A DNA stretch of 16,289 nucleotides from an uncultured Acidobacteriota bacterium (GCA_913043225.1 CAJWLU010000045.1:1-16289), one strand, 5' to 3'. Positions 1 through 8,015 are shown, numbered from the stretch's first letter. Numbers and translations are program-made. Notes: generated by a model not told the origin, from the letters alone.

Positions 1-42
1 GCCAGCGACGAGGACGATTACCCCGGTCGTTACCCAACTCAT
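1..42 (-). CDS. Possible 5' fragment of an exported/membrane protein running off the window
   Basis: ATG at 42 opens MSWVTTGVIVLVAG..., a hydrophobic signal-like stretch. Only 14 codons are visible and the true start could be slightly upstream. Confidence 0.3.
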   Translation of the reverse strand, partial: MSWVTTGVIVLVAG

Positions 43-93
43 GGCCACTGAAAACCAACACGGATGCACCAAAAAACGGAATGCGGTTCCTCC

Positions 94-462
94 TCAGTGA
101 TGAAAGCCACCCACAAGACCAAAATATTCGACCTCAAACCCTGCCTCAGCAGCCCAGTCCTTGAAGTTCTTTGACGCTGGGCCAAAGACGCACAGTCGCC
201 CACCATCGGTGCGTTCAAGCACCTTCCCAACGAACTGCCCGCCGGCGAATCTTTCGCCATGAACACGGCAGGCTTCTGAATCAAGGAAGGCCTCTAAAAA
301 GGTTACGCGCGTTTCATCATCGTTCACATAGACGTTGTACCTGAGAGTACCGGGCTCGCCTTCATCATTGAACGCAACCATGTCCCGAGCGAGCTCTCGC
401 ACTTCTTCTGCCTTACCGGGAATGATGTTCAATTCATAGACGAGTTGGAGCTGTTCGCTCAT
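94..462 (-). CDS. Antibiotic biosynthesis monooxygenase (ABM)-like / putative quinol monooxygenase, dimeric alpha/beta barrel, 122 aa
   Basis: Start reassigned to ATG at 462 (MSEQLQLVYEL), preceded by GGAGGG. The pattern I-PGK-EE...EPGTLRY-VY...E-F-DSEA---H is typical of ABM proteins. Confidence 0.8.
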   Translation of the reverse strand: MSEQLQLVYELNIIPGKAEEVRELARDMVAFNDEGEPGTLRYNVYVNDDETRVTFLEAFLDSEACRVHGERFAGGQFVGKVLERTDGGRLCVFGPASKNFKDWAAEAGFEVEYFGLVGGFHH

Positions 463-552
463 GTTCCCTCCGCCGTGTGTGTGCCTTGTCTCATTAGAGA
501 ACCAGGCGTTAGGCCTTGACGCTCTGCGGGCACACAATGCTCTTTTTCGATG

Positions 553-592
553 GCGTTGAGGGGAGGGAGCCGATACCCCCTCCCCCTAACGC
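553..592 (-). other. GC-rich stem-loop downstream of the DUF3303-like gene (possible terminator or stabilising hairpin)
   Basis: Minus strand GCGTTAGGGGGAGGGGG-TATCGG-CTCCCTCCCCTCAACGC pairs over about 16 bp with G-U pairs and one mismatch. There is no clean U-tract after it. Confidence 0.5.
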
Positions 593-638
593 TGCTACGT
601 TTACCGTGGACCGTCGACTCTCGCGACAGGGTGATTTG

Positions 639-929
639 CTAGAGTCCCAGCCCGGCCTTCACGACAGCTCTGGCCTCGTCATCGTCGAGCACCGGAGCGA
701 CGTCAATGTCCAGGATTTTGTTCCAGTTGAATGCCCATGCATGCACCGCTGCGGCATCATCGCTCTCGCAAATTGCGAGGCCAGATCCCTGGCCAAGATT
801 GTGCCATCGGCCGATGATGGTCACGCCGGCATGATCAGCAGCATGGTCCGCGTCAGACATTTGAGCAAAACCTTTGTAGCCTTCCTCTCGAACTCCGGGG
901 GCACTGGTCCAGCTGACTAGAAACTTCAT
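639..929 (-). CDS. DUF3303-family small protein, 96 aa
   Basis: ATG at 929 with a strong AAGGAGG RBS. MKFLVSW...GVTIIGRWH...G-AICESDDAAAVHAWAFNW...DIDVAPVLDDDEA matches the family pattern as I recall it. Confidence 0.8.
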   Translation of the reverse strand: MKFLVSWTSAPGVREEGYKGFAQMSDADHAADHAGVTIIGRWHNLGQGSGLAICESDDAAAVHAWAFNWNKILDIDVAPVLDDDEARAVVKAGLGL

Positions 930-1043
930 GTCGTCCTCCTTGGTTAATGAGAAGCAATTACCCGATCGTGGCCACATCAATACGCGGGACCGAAATCGAG
1001 ACACAATCAAGCGTACGCGATAGCCTCAGCACGTTGACGATCT

Positions 1044-1119
1044 CTGTGGCCTGGCTGAAGCCTTTTCGGCTAGCGTTGCCTCAGGGTCGTCTTCTAGCCG
1101 AAGGCAGTCGGTTCTACAG
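1044..1119 (+). other. Long imperfect intergenic inverted repeat
   Basis: Perfect core TTCGGCTAG (1065-1073) / CTAGCCGAA (1094-1102), extended outward by GCC/GGC, CTGGCTG/CAGTCGG and CTGTGG/CTACAG using G-U pairs on the + strand. Confidence 0.55.
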
Positions 1120-1611
1120 CTCTCTCCGCCGGCGACGCTGTGATGTACTTGGATCCTACTGCGGGCACGCGGGGGGCTCAATATCGAACAGGCGGCCCAG
1201 TCAAACCCTCACTCCCAGTCCGGCGTGGGAGGCGGAACGATTAAGCGACAGGTCTCCCTAGCCCGTCAGCCGTCCATCGAACGTGACGCTAGTTGCGACC
1301 CTGCTACTCGGAGCGACTATCGGGTTTGGTGCAGAGGCTTGCGCAAGGACCAGGTCACACAACAACAGCTTGGCGCCCAAGGTCGCCAGCAGAGCGGTGC
1401 GGAAGCTGGAACGTCGAGCTCGCTCTACCAGCGGTGTGTGGCGGCAAAGATCGCCACCTTAACCAAAGGCCGGCGCGTGCTCTCTCAACCCAGAGGCAGG
1501 TGCGTGGCGGAGCCCTAGCCGGGCCCCGCCCTCATGATCACGATGCGATCCCTAAACGTCAGTGCTGCGACGCAGACCACGCCTGGTCAGACCGCCAACA
1601 ACTGCTAGCGA

Positions 1612-2622
1612 TTACGGTCTCAGCTCACGGCCCAGGCGCTCCAGATTCCGCGCGCCGGCCAGAATTCCGTGGAGGCCAATGTTGCCTTCGTGGCAGGCGT
1701 ACTCGAAGAGCGGTCCGTCGGTTCGGCGGAACGGCATCATCACCGTATAGGGCTGGGTGTACACGGTCGGGTCGGTCACCGTGTATTCATAGGCCACCGT
1801 GTCCGGATCCAGGCGCGTCAGGCGCTCCACCAGATGCATATTGGTCGACGTCAGTCCACTACTGCCCCCAGCATACTGGGTGGTCTCGATGACCAGCGTC
1901 TCCCCGTCCCAGTGCGCCCGCGACACGCCGCTGCGCTGATCGAAGGGCGGCTTCGCGGCCTCCTCGGCTCCCGGCTCGGTGATCGGAATGATCCGCGCGT
2001 TGTGCACCATCTCGTTCAGGATGGCCACGTACCCGGGCGCCTGGAAGATCATCACGTTGTTGTTGTAGGCACTCGACCGCATCGGCGGACCGGCATTGAA
2101 TCCCATGATGCAGCGGTCGCCCGTGCTGCGATTCTCATAGGAGTTATAGGCCCGGGCCACTCGCTCCTCGCGGGTCAGCTGCGGCATATCCGAATTGGTG
2201 GACTGCGGCACCCGCTCCGGTAGCCGGCCGTTCGAGGGGTCGACAATGAGCGACGTTCGCTTGTCCGACGTCAGCTCGATGCCGCGCTCGTACCAGAACT
2301 CGTTGTAGGAGAGCACGCCGCCCTCAGCACGTGGCCGATAGCCTCCGGAGCCCCTCTCAGGATCGAACAGGTCGCGATTCTGCCTAGTCCGCTCAGATGC
2401 CTCGAATGCCGCAGCTGTTTCCGCGTCGAGTGTTTCCTGGTCGGCGAACTGCGACGGACGTTGGAACGGCGTGATGGTGCGGAAGGTGAAGATGCCGGAC
2501 ACGTCGGGTTGTCCATCCGGCGTCTGCATAGGCATGGTCCGGTCGGCCTCTTGTGCCACCACCACCGAAGCCAACCCTACTCCGATCAATCCGACGGCGC
2601 CGACGGCAAGCCACTTCTTCAT
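1612..2622 (-). CDS. Conserved secreted hypothetical protein (EYACHEGN-type, two Cys), 336 aa
   Basis: ATG at 2622 (MKKWLAVGAVGLIGVGLASVVVA-QE, Sec signal) with AAGGAG upstream. Motifs TPDGQPDVSG, RTSLIVDP, DRC, HWDGETLVIET, HLVERLTR and FEYACHEGN fit a widespread uncharacterised family. Confidence 0.85.
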   Translation of the reverse strand: MKKWLAVGAVGLIGVGLASVVVAQEADRTMPMQTPDGQPDVSGIFTFRTITPFQRPSQFADQETLDAETAAAFEASERTRQNRDLFDPERGSGGYRPRAEGGVLSYNEFWYERGIELTSDKRTSLIVDPSNGRLPERVPQSTNSDMPQLTREERVARAYNSYENRSTGDRCIMGFNAGPPMRSSAYNNNVMIFQAPGYVAILNEMVHNARIIPITEPGAEEAAKPPFDQRSGVSRAHWDGETLVIETTQYAGGSSGLTSTNMHLVERLTRLDPDTVAYEYTVTDPTVYTQPYTVMMPFRRTDGPLFEYACHEGNIGLHGILAGARNLERLGRELRP

Positions 2623-2661
2623 CACGGTGCTTCTCCTTCGTGTCCTGTCTGCCTGTCCCAC

Positions 2662-2690
2662 AGCGTAGACCCGGTCGCGCTCGTTCGCAA
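2662..2690 (-). promoter_or_regulatory. Candidate sigma70 promoter for the 1612..2622 gene
   Basis: TTGCGA-17 nt-TACGCT on the minus strand, about 40 nt upstream of the ATG. Confidence 0.4.
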
Positions 2691-2700
2691 GTCAAGACCC

Positions 2701-3792
2701 TTAAACGCCGTACCGGGCAACGGCGTCCTCGTCCCAATCCATGCCCACACCAGGTGTATCGGGTATCTGCAGCGAACCGTCCACTACCGGGTAGGGCTCT
2801 TTCAGAATCGGATCCGCCCAACTCTGCCACTCAAGCCAGTGCGCAGTCTCGGTCACCCGCATCACGTGGGCCCCGACTTCCGGATACAGGTGGGTCGACA
2901 TCGGCACACCCGCTGCGCCCGCGATGCCCGCCGCCCGAAGCCACCCGGTCACGCCGCCGATCCGCATAAAGTCTGGCATTACTAGGTCGCACGCCCGATG
3001 GACGATTGCCCGGTGCAGCGCCCTGGGACCGTAGAAGTTCTCACCGATCTGGAGTGGCGTCGACAGCTGCTCCCTCAGCGTCCGGTAGCCATCGAGATCG
3101 TCATAGACGATCGGCTCTTCGATCCAGCAGAGCCCGCGGTCGTCGATCTGATGGCAGCGGCGCATCGCCTGCTCCAAATCAAGGCTCTGGTTGTAGTCGA
3201 CCATCAACTCGACGTCCGGTCCGACCGCCTCGCGAACGCGATCCAGCGTCTCGAGGTCGTCCGCCGCCCGCTCGCGGCCGAGACGAAGCTTCAATGCCGA
3301 GAAGCCACCCTCTGCCACCAACTCGCTAGCCTCCTCGGCCACAGCCTTGGGCTCGAGCAGCCAGAGCCCGTTGCTGTTGTAGGCTCGGACTGGTCCGACC
3401 GTCCCCCCGAGCAGATCGCAGAGCGGCTGTTCCCGTACTTTCGCCGCGGCATCCCACGCGGCCATGTCGACCCCAGCCACGGCGATGGCCGCCATTCCTT
3501 CGTAACCGACAAAGTGCAGCGACTTCCTGGAGTCCTCGAACAGGTCCACCGGCGCCACGGGACGCCCCGACAGCAACTCACCAAGATCCTCAACGGCTGG
3601 AACTAGGTACCGCATAGTCTTCGCCGTGTAGGGACCAAGGTAGCTCCGTCCAACGACGCCCTGGTCCGTTTCGAGATCGATGAGAATCAGCGGCCACTCG
3701 TGAATGGTCGAGATCCGGATCACCACCGGTCTCGCCAACGGTACAAGCACCGGTCGTGCGCGGATGCGGCGAATGGTTAGCGGTGTCGACAT
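2701..3792 (-). CDS. Mandelate racemase/muconate lactonizing enzyme family (enolase superfamily), mandelate racemase subgroup
   Basis: Clear colinear similarity to P. putida MdlA as recalled: LILIDL-T--GVVGRSYL, DMAAWDA, MVDYNQSLD, WIEEP, GENF-GP, MPD-M-IGGVTGW, PMSTHL, AHWLE, IPD-PGVG. The catalytic KxK motif reads KLR. Confidence 0.93.
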   Translation of the reverse strand: MSTPLTIRRIRARPVLVPLARPVVIRISTIHEWPLILIDLETDQGVVGRSYLGPYTAKTMRYLVPAVEDLGELLSGRPVAPVDLFEDSRKSLHFVGYEGMAAIAVAGVDMAAWDAAAKVREQPLCDLLGGTVGPVRAYNSNGLWLLEPKAVAEEASELVAEGGFSALKLRLGRERAADDLETLDRVREAVGPDVELMVDYNQSLDLEQAMRRCHQIDDRGLCWIEEPIVYDDLDGYRTLREQLSTPLQIGENFYGPRALHRAIVHRACDLVMPDFMRIGGVTGWLRAAGIAGAAGVPMSTHLYPEVGAHVMRVTETAHWLEWQSWADPILKEPYPVVDGSLQIPDTPGVGMDWDEDAVARYGV

Positions 3793-3794
3793 AG

Positions 3795-4793
3795 TCAGGC
3801 CAGTAGTTCGAGCAACGCATCCGACACGGCATCCGGTCGGTGCGCGGGAAGGTCATGACCGGCACCCTCCACGAGACGCCGCGCGACCAGATTCGGGAAG
3901 CGACGCTGATCGCCGCTTGGATCAGACGACGGTCGACCGAACCCGCTGTCGAGACCACGGAGCACAATGGCCGGCACCGTGATCGGTGGACGCTCAGCCA
4001 ACCGGCCCTCGACCTCGAGAAAGCGCTCCTCTCCTGGCGCGTTGACGTGACGATGCCTATACGAATGGATAACGATGTCCACGAAGTCAGGATTATCGAA
4101 CGATGGGGCGGAGCGGTCGTACACCTCGTCGGTGTACTCCCAGCCGGGCGACCAGGTATCCCAAAGATACCGGACGATATCGTGCCGATTGCTTTCGAGG
4201 CCCACCCGACCGCGCTCGGTATTGAAATACCACTGGTACCAGAGCCGAGCCTCGCCCACCGCCCGACCTGGCCGGCCCGGCGTAACGGTGTTCTGTACCG
4301 AGTAGCCGCCGATCGCTACCTGCGCCCGCACGCGCTCCGGGTAGAGGATGGACGTGATGCACGCTGCCCGATTGCCCCAGTCGAATCCAGCCAGCGCGCA
4401 CTGGTCGATACCGAGGGCATCAGCGAAGTCGACCACATCCTGCGCGATGGCCGCCTGCTCGGCCATCCGGGGAGCATCGGGATCAAGAAATCGGGTCTGG
4501 CCATACCCGCGGAGATAGGGCACGAGTACCCGATGCCCCGCCGACACCAGTGGTTCTGGCACGCCGTCCCATGACCGGATGTCGTAGGGAAATCCGTGCA
4601 GAAGGATGATCGGAAACCCATCGACTGGACCATGCTCCTCGTATCCGATCTCCAGAACCGGAGTCCGCACGGTCCGCACCCTAGCCTGCATGGCCCACTC
4701 TCCAGACATGCTCCGCACTCGGGCGGACTCCGTACCTAGCGTGGCGGCAGTCACCGCACCTGCTTTCAGGAACTCTCGACGTGTTGCGGTCAT
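3795..4793 (-). CDS. Alpha/beta hydrolase, epoxide hydrolase-like, with twin-arginine leader
   Basis: TRREFLK Tat motif; LLHGFP oxyanion motif; GFDWG nucleophile Asp; WYQWYF and SYR tyrosines; GAGH catalytic His. Ends 2 nt before the next start codon. Confidence 0.9.
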   Translation of the reverse strand: MTATRREFLKAGAVTAATLGTESARVRSMSGEWAMQARVRTVRTPVLEIGYEEHGPVDGFPIILLHGFPYDIRSWDGVPEPLVSAGHRVLVPYLRGYGQTRFLDPDAPRMAEQAAIAQDVVDFADALGIDQCALAGFDWGNRAACITSILYPERVRAQVAIGGYSVQNTVTPGRPGRAVGEARLWYQWYFNTERGRVGLESNRHDIVRYLWDTWSPGWEYTDEVYDRSAPSFDNPDFVDIVIHSYRHRHVNAPGEERFLEVEGRLAERPPITVPAIVLRGLDSGFGRPSSDPSGDQRRFPNLVARRLVEGAGHDLPAHRPDAVSDALLELLA

Positions 4794-4817
4794 CCTCGCC
4801 CCTCGACCAATGGCCTC

Positions 4818-6461
4818 CTAGCCCCGTCGTAGAAGCTCGGTGGCGTAGAACGGCTCAAGGTCGTCAATCGCATCGAGGCCCTGACGGTCGACATCCCACT
4901 TGAACTGTCTAATCAACACTCGATCCCGCTCGAAGTCGACGAGTGTGAAACCGTGATCCTCGATGGGCGCTGCCGACTCTTCCACATCAAGATGGGCCGG
5001 CGGGGTAGCTCCGATCCCACGAACCACCGACGGGAAACCACGAATAGAGGTACCAATCGGGCCACTCAGCACCGCTGTCACCGGACGCGCGGCTAGGTTG
5101 ACACTTCCCGCGCGATGGAGGCGCCCCGTGCCGATGGCGTGCAAGTCGCCGCTAATGACCAGCGGTGCACGCTCGCGCTGAGTGCCTATCGCCTGGAGCA
5201 ACCTGTCGTGCTGGCGGAGCCACCCTTCCTGCCAGTACGGTTTCTCGACCGCGGTCGTGAGTTCGCCCCGCTCAGGGTCGAGGACATCCGGATACCACTC
5301 GCCCCACTTCCCCGCGCTCCAACCAAAGGGGTTCGAGGGCGCATGCACCAGATGGCGGGTCTCCTCGGTCCCGGTCCGATCCTTAAGCCATTGTTCGACC
5401 TGTCCGTCGAGGAACACTGCATTAGGCCCACCCAAGTTCATGGTGCGGCGGACGTCATAGAGCAGCACCTCGGCCAGATCGCCGTAGCGGACGGTGCCGA
5501 AGCTCTCGGAGACGTCACCACGGTCGAACGTGCCGGACCACGGCAGCCCCAACGGGCGCCGCGCGTCCGGAAGGAACTCGGGATAAAACAGCCGCTGTGT
5601 CGCGCGGGCCAGCTGCAACTGAAACCACGGTACCGGAAAACTGGCGATGAGGTCCGTGACCGCATCGTTCTCCCAATGGTCATGGTCATCCTGCAGGAAG
5701 AACACGGGCACCGACCGGAAATCGGCGCCATAAACTGGCACGAACTGCGGCGCAACGGCCGCCTTCATCGCCACCTCGTTGCTCTGACCGAATACCGACG
5801 CCGAGAAATCGAAATTCGATCGCCGTCCGCTCGCGCTCAGCTGCCCAGCGTTCTCACCCTGCCAGGTGTGCAGATCCCAATAAATGTGATCGCCATTGGC
5901 GACCGCCGCATCGGGGGCAAACGACAGCGCCCGCCGCAGTAGCCGGTTCCGGATGGCTGTGGGCAAGAACCCCTGGCGCTCTCCGATGCCCTCATAGCTA
6001 CCACTAGGACCACCGGCGCAGGTAAAGAACAGCATCCGAAACCGGTCCGGCTGGCTGTCTGGCGACGGAAACGTCGACAGCGGCCACGGTTCGCAGAGCG
6101 CACGCCCGCCTGCATCCGCGAGCGACAGCTCGTAGCGACGGCCCGGCTCGAGATTCCCGACATCGAACTGCCAGTACTCGCCGACGGTGTCGCTCATCTC
6201 ACCGTCGACCGAAGTCGAACCGACTTGTAGCCGAGGCGCCCGGGAATGCGGCTCACCGAAGGAGGCCTTCACGATGATGCGGGTGTCGCTGACCTGCGGC
6301 AGCAGATGGCGGACCGCCCCGACGTCCCAGTCCTGGACCGCGGGCGGGACGCCCTGCTCGGCCATTGCCTCGAGCGGTAGCCGGGAAAAGAACGCCGCGC
6401 CCATCGCGCCGGCGCTTTCCGCAAGGAATCGTCGACGATCGACGATTTGTCGGCGAGGCAT
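4818..6461 (-). CDS. Tat-exported PhoD-like (alkaline phosphatase D) metallophosphoesterase
   Basis: DRRRFLAE Tat motif, then in PhoD order FFTC, NGDHIYWD, QDDHD-WEN, YDVRR and SGDLH. Confidence 0.8.
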   Translation of the reverse strand: MPRRQIVDRRRFLAESAGAMGAAFFSRLPLEAMAEQGVPPAVQDWDVGAVRHLLPQVSDTRIIVKASFGEPHSRAPRLQVGSTSVDGEMSDTVGEYWQFDVGNLEPGRRYELSLADAGGRALCEPWPLSTFPSPDSQPDRFRMLFFTCAGGPSGSYEGIGERQGFLPTAIRNRLLRRALSFAPDAAVANGDHIYWDLHTWQGENAGQLSASGRRSNFDFSASVFGQSNEVAMKAAVAPQFVPVYGADFRSVPVFFLQDDHDHWENDAVTDLIASFPVPWFQLQLARATQRLFYPEFLPDARRPLGLPWSGTFDRGDVSESFGTVRYGDLAEVLLYDVRRTMNLGGPNAVFLDGQVEQWLKDRTGTEETRHLVHAPSNPFGWSAGKWGEWYPDVLDPERGELTTAVEKPYWQEGWLRQHDRLLQAIGTQRERAPLVISGDLHAIGTGRLHRAGSVNLAARPVTAVLSGPIGTSIRGFPSVVRGIGATPPAHLDVEESAAPIEDHGFTLVDFERDRVLIRQFKWDVDRQGLDAIDDLEPFYATELLRRG

Positions 6462-6466
6462 GGCGC

Positions 6467-6499
6467 GATTATACGCAGGTCTCGGGCCCGCGTATCATC
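6467..6499. promoter_or_regulatory. Symmetric divergent promoter region with two outward-facing -10 elements
   Basis: TATAAT on the minus strand (6468-6473), 6 nt before the ATG at 6461, and TATCAT on the plus strand (6493-6498). Arms GATTATACGC / GCGTATCATC form a 9/10 inverted repeat. Confidence 0.6.
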
Positions 6500-6526
6500 C
6501 GTTGGTACTCACTTCCAGGAGGACGC

Positions 6527-7075
6527 ATGCCAAGAATGGTTCGCCGCCCAGGACGAGGCATCCATAGCGCCACCGCCGTGCTGGGGGTCGCACTGCTACT
6601 AGCTTCGCCAACGGCAGTGCAGGACCGCCCCGCCGACGACATCCGCGACGTCATCGAGGGGACGTGGCGGCTGGTCGAATGGCACGTTGGTGACCGGGTG
6701 CTCCGCCCACCAGAAATGGAGGGTATGTGGATGGTCCACGACGGCTGGGTAATGGCCACCAGACACCGCCAGGGACAGGGCGACTTCGAGTCGACGGCCG
6801 GATACGGCTCCTACAGCTGGGATGCGACCGGGTGGACCTATGGTTACGAACGGTCGGAAGACCGCCGGGGCAGGTCCCCCGAGGATGCGCCCCTCCGCGT
6901 AACGGAGATTCCACAACGACGCTTCGCGATCACGAGCGAGGGCGACCACCTGATTCTCGAGGACGACGCCCAGACACTCCGCTGGGACTACGACATCCCG
7001 GGCGACACCTTCACGCTGATGGGCCGAAACCGCCGCGTCATCCGGGTCTACGCACGCATCACGGATCTACAGTGA
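6527..7075 (+). CDS. Exported lipocalin-like beta-barrel protein, 182 aa
   Basis: AGGAGG RBS before ATG at 6527; signal peptide (AVLGVALLLASPTA); IEGTWRLVEW and AGYGSY motifs resemble lipocalin-like domains. Confidence 0.7.
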   Translation: MPRMVRRPGRGIHSATAVLGVALLLASPTAVQDRPADDIRDVIEGTWRLVEWHVGDRVLRPPEMEGMWMVHDGWVMATRHRQGQGDFESTAGYGSYSWDATGWTYGYERSEDRRGRSPEDAPLRVTEIPQRRFAITSEGDHLILEDDAQTLRWDYDIPGDTFTLMGRNRRVIRVYARITDLQ

Positions 7076-8015
7076 TGATGGCGTCTTGCCAAGAGAAGAG
7101 CGCGCCATCGCCGGCGACCGCCCGCAAGACGTAGGTACCCGGCTGGTCGAAGGTGGCCGTCACCTCGTACTTACCGTCTTCAGGCACGGGAGGAAGCTCG
7201 AACGGCGGCGACCAGGGTGAATTCGCGTACGGCCTACTATCCTGCCAGGTCTTCATCTGGATAGGGTCGAACGTCACCTCCCCCTCGCCGCGATAGACAT
7301 ACCAGGAGAATCGGAGACCGTTGTTGTTTCCGGGCACGATCTGCCGCGGCGGCGTGTACGCCGGGTGCCGGTCCCGACGTGCCGAGCGCGGCCCCTGAGG
7401 CCGCAGGGTAACGCCGCTCTTGGTCGAAGACGGGATGCCGTCGTCATCGCTCGCCCAGGCCGTCAACATCAGTGGCTCCCCGACCCTGACCCGCCGCGGT
7501 TCGTCCGCATCGAGCCGCACTGCCGGCGGCTCGTTCCACTGCCAGTCCTTGCTGACCCCGCCCCGATTCGCCCCGACCTCTGTCGCGATCGTCTGCTTGT
7601 CGACGAGGTAGTCGGTGCGCAAAGACGCATAGGTCCGGTTCGTCTGTCCGTTCGCCGTGAGCGTCCAGACCAACTCCTTATCGCCAAAGTCGGCCGGCAC
7701 CACGATCTCGAAACGAAAGAGGTTACGCCGGGGCAAGAATCGGGCGGGCTGCCCCTGGTCCGGCCCGCCAGGCTCGATGTTGTTCAGTGGACCGACCGGT
7801 ACGTCCAGCACCTGCTCCCAGTTGTCGTTCATGTAGCCGAAGAACAGCGTATAGGTGCCGTCTCCGTTCTGCCACCAGCCTTCGAACGCCGGCCAAACGC
7901 CTTGGCCCCGCGAGTAGCTCGACTGTGCCGCGGCGTTCGCTGTCACGAGGAGCCCCAGACATAGCGCCCCGAGCGTCCTGACGCCACCGCCGGTGGTCGT
8001 CACCCTACTGGCCAC
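7059..8015 (-). CDS. Secreted hypothetical protein with probable C-terminal Ig/PKD-like domain; coupled to the upstream monooxygenase gene
   Basis: GTG at 8015 follows GGAGG and overlaps the upstream stop (GTG at 8003 is an alternative). Signal LGALCLGLLVTANAAA-Q; motifs PAFEGW, FFGYMNDN, GQP-RFLPRR, ELVWTLT; Ig-like NEPP-V...ASDDDG...ATFDQPGTYVLRAVAGDG...ITV. Confidence 0.8.
   Translation of the reverse strand: MASRVTTTGGGVRTLGALCLGLLVTANAAAQSSYSRGQGVWPAFEGWWQNGDGTYTLFFGYMNDNWEQVLDVPVGPLNNIEPGGPDQGQPARFLPRRNLFRFEIVVPADFGDKELVWTLTANGQTNRTYASLRTDYLVDKQTIATEVGANRGGVSKDWQWNEPPAVRLDADEPRRVRVGEPLMLTAWASDDDGIPSSTKSGVTLRPQGPRSARRDRHPAYTPPRQIVPGNNNGLRFSWYVYRGEGEVTFDPIQMKTWQDSRPYANSPWSPPFELPPVPEDGKYEVTATFDQPGTYVLRAVAGDGALFSWQDAIITVDP

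Noticed and set aside
1..96. ABM TGA stop is in frame with the downstream ORF (possible selenocysteine or readthrough)
   Set aside because: The ABM domain is complete before the TGA, no convincing SECIS hairpin follows, and in-frame coincidence is common.
947..1892. ORFs 947..1261, 1225..1518 and 1293..1892 on the + strand
   Set aside because: No RBS, no recognisable motifs and atypical composition; they overlap one another or a real gene.
2701..3792. Gene symbol mdlA
   Set aside because: The catalytic Lys166 equivalent is Arg and no other mandelate pathway genes are present.
6365..6526. Longer start for the lipocalin-like gene
   Set aside because: It would overlap the PhoD-like start and the promoter; AGGAGG supports ATG 6527.
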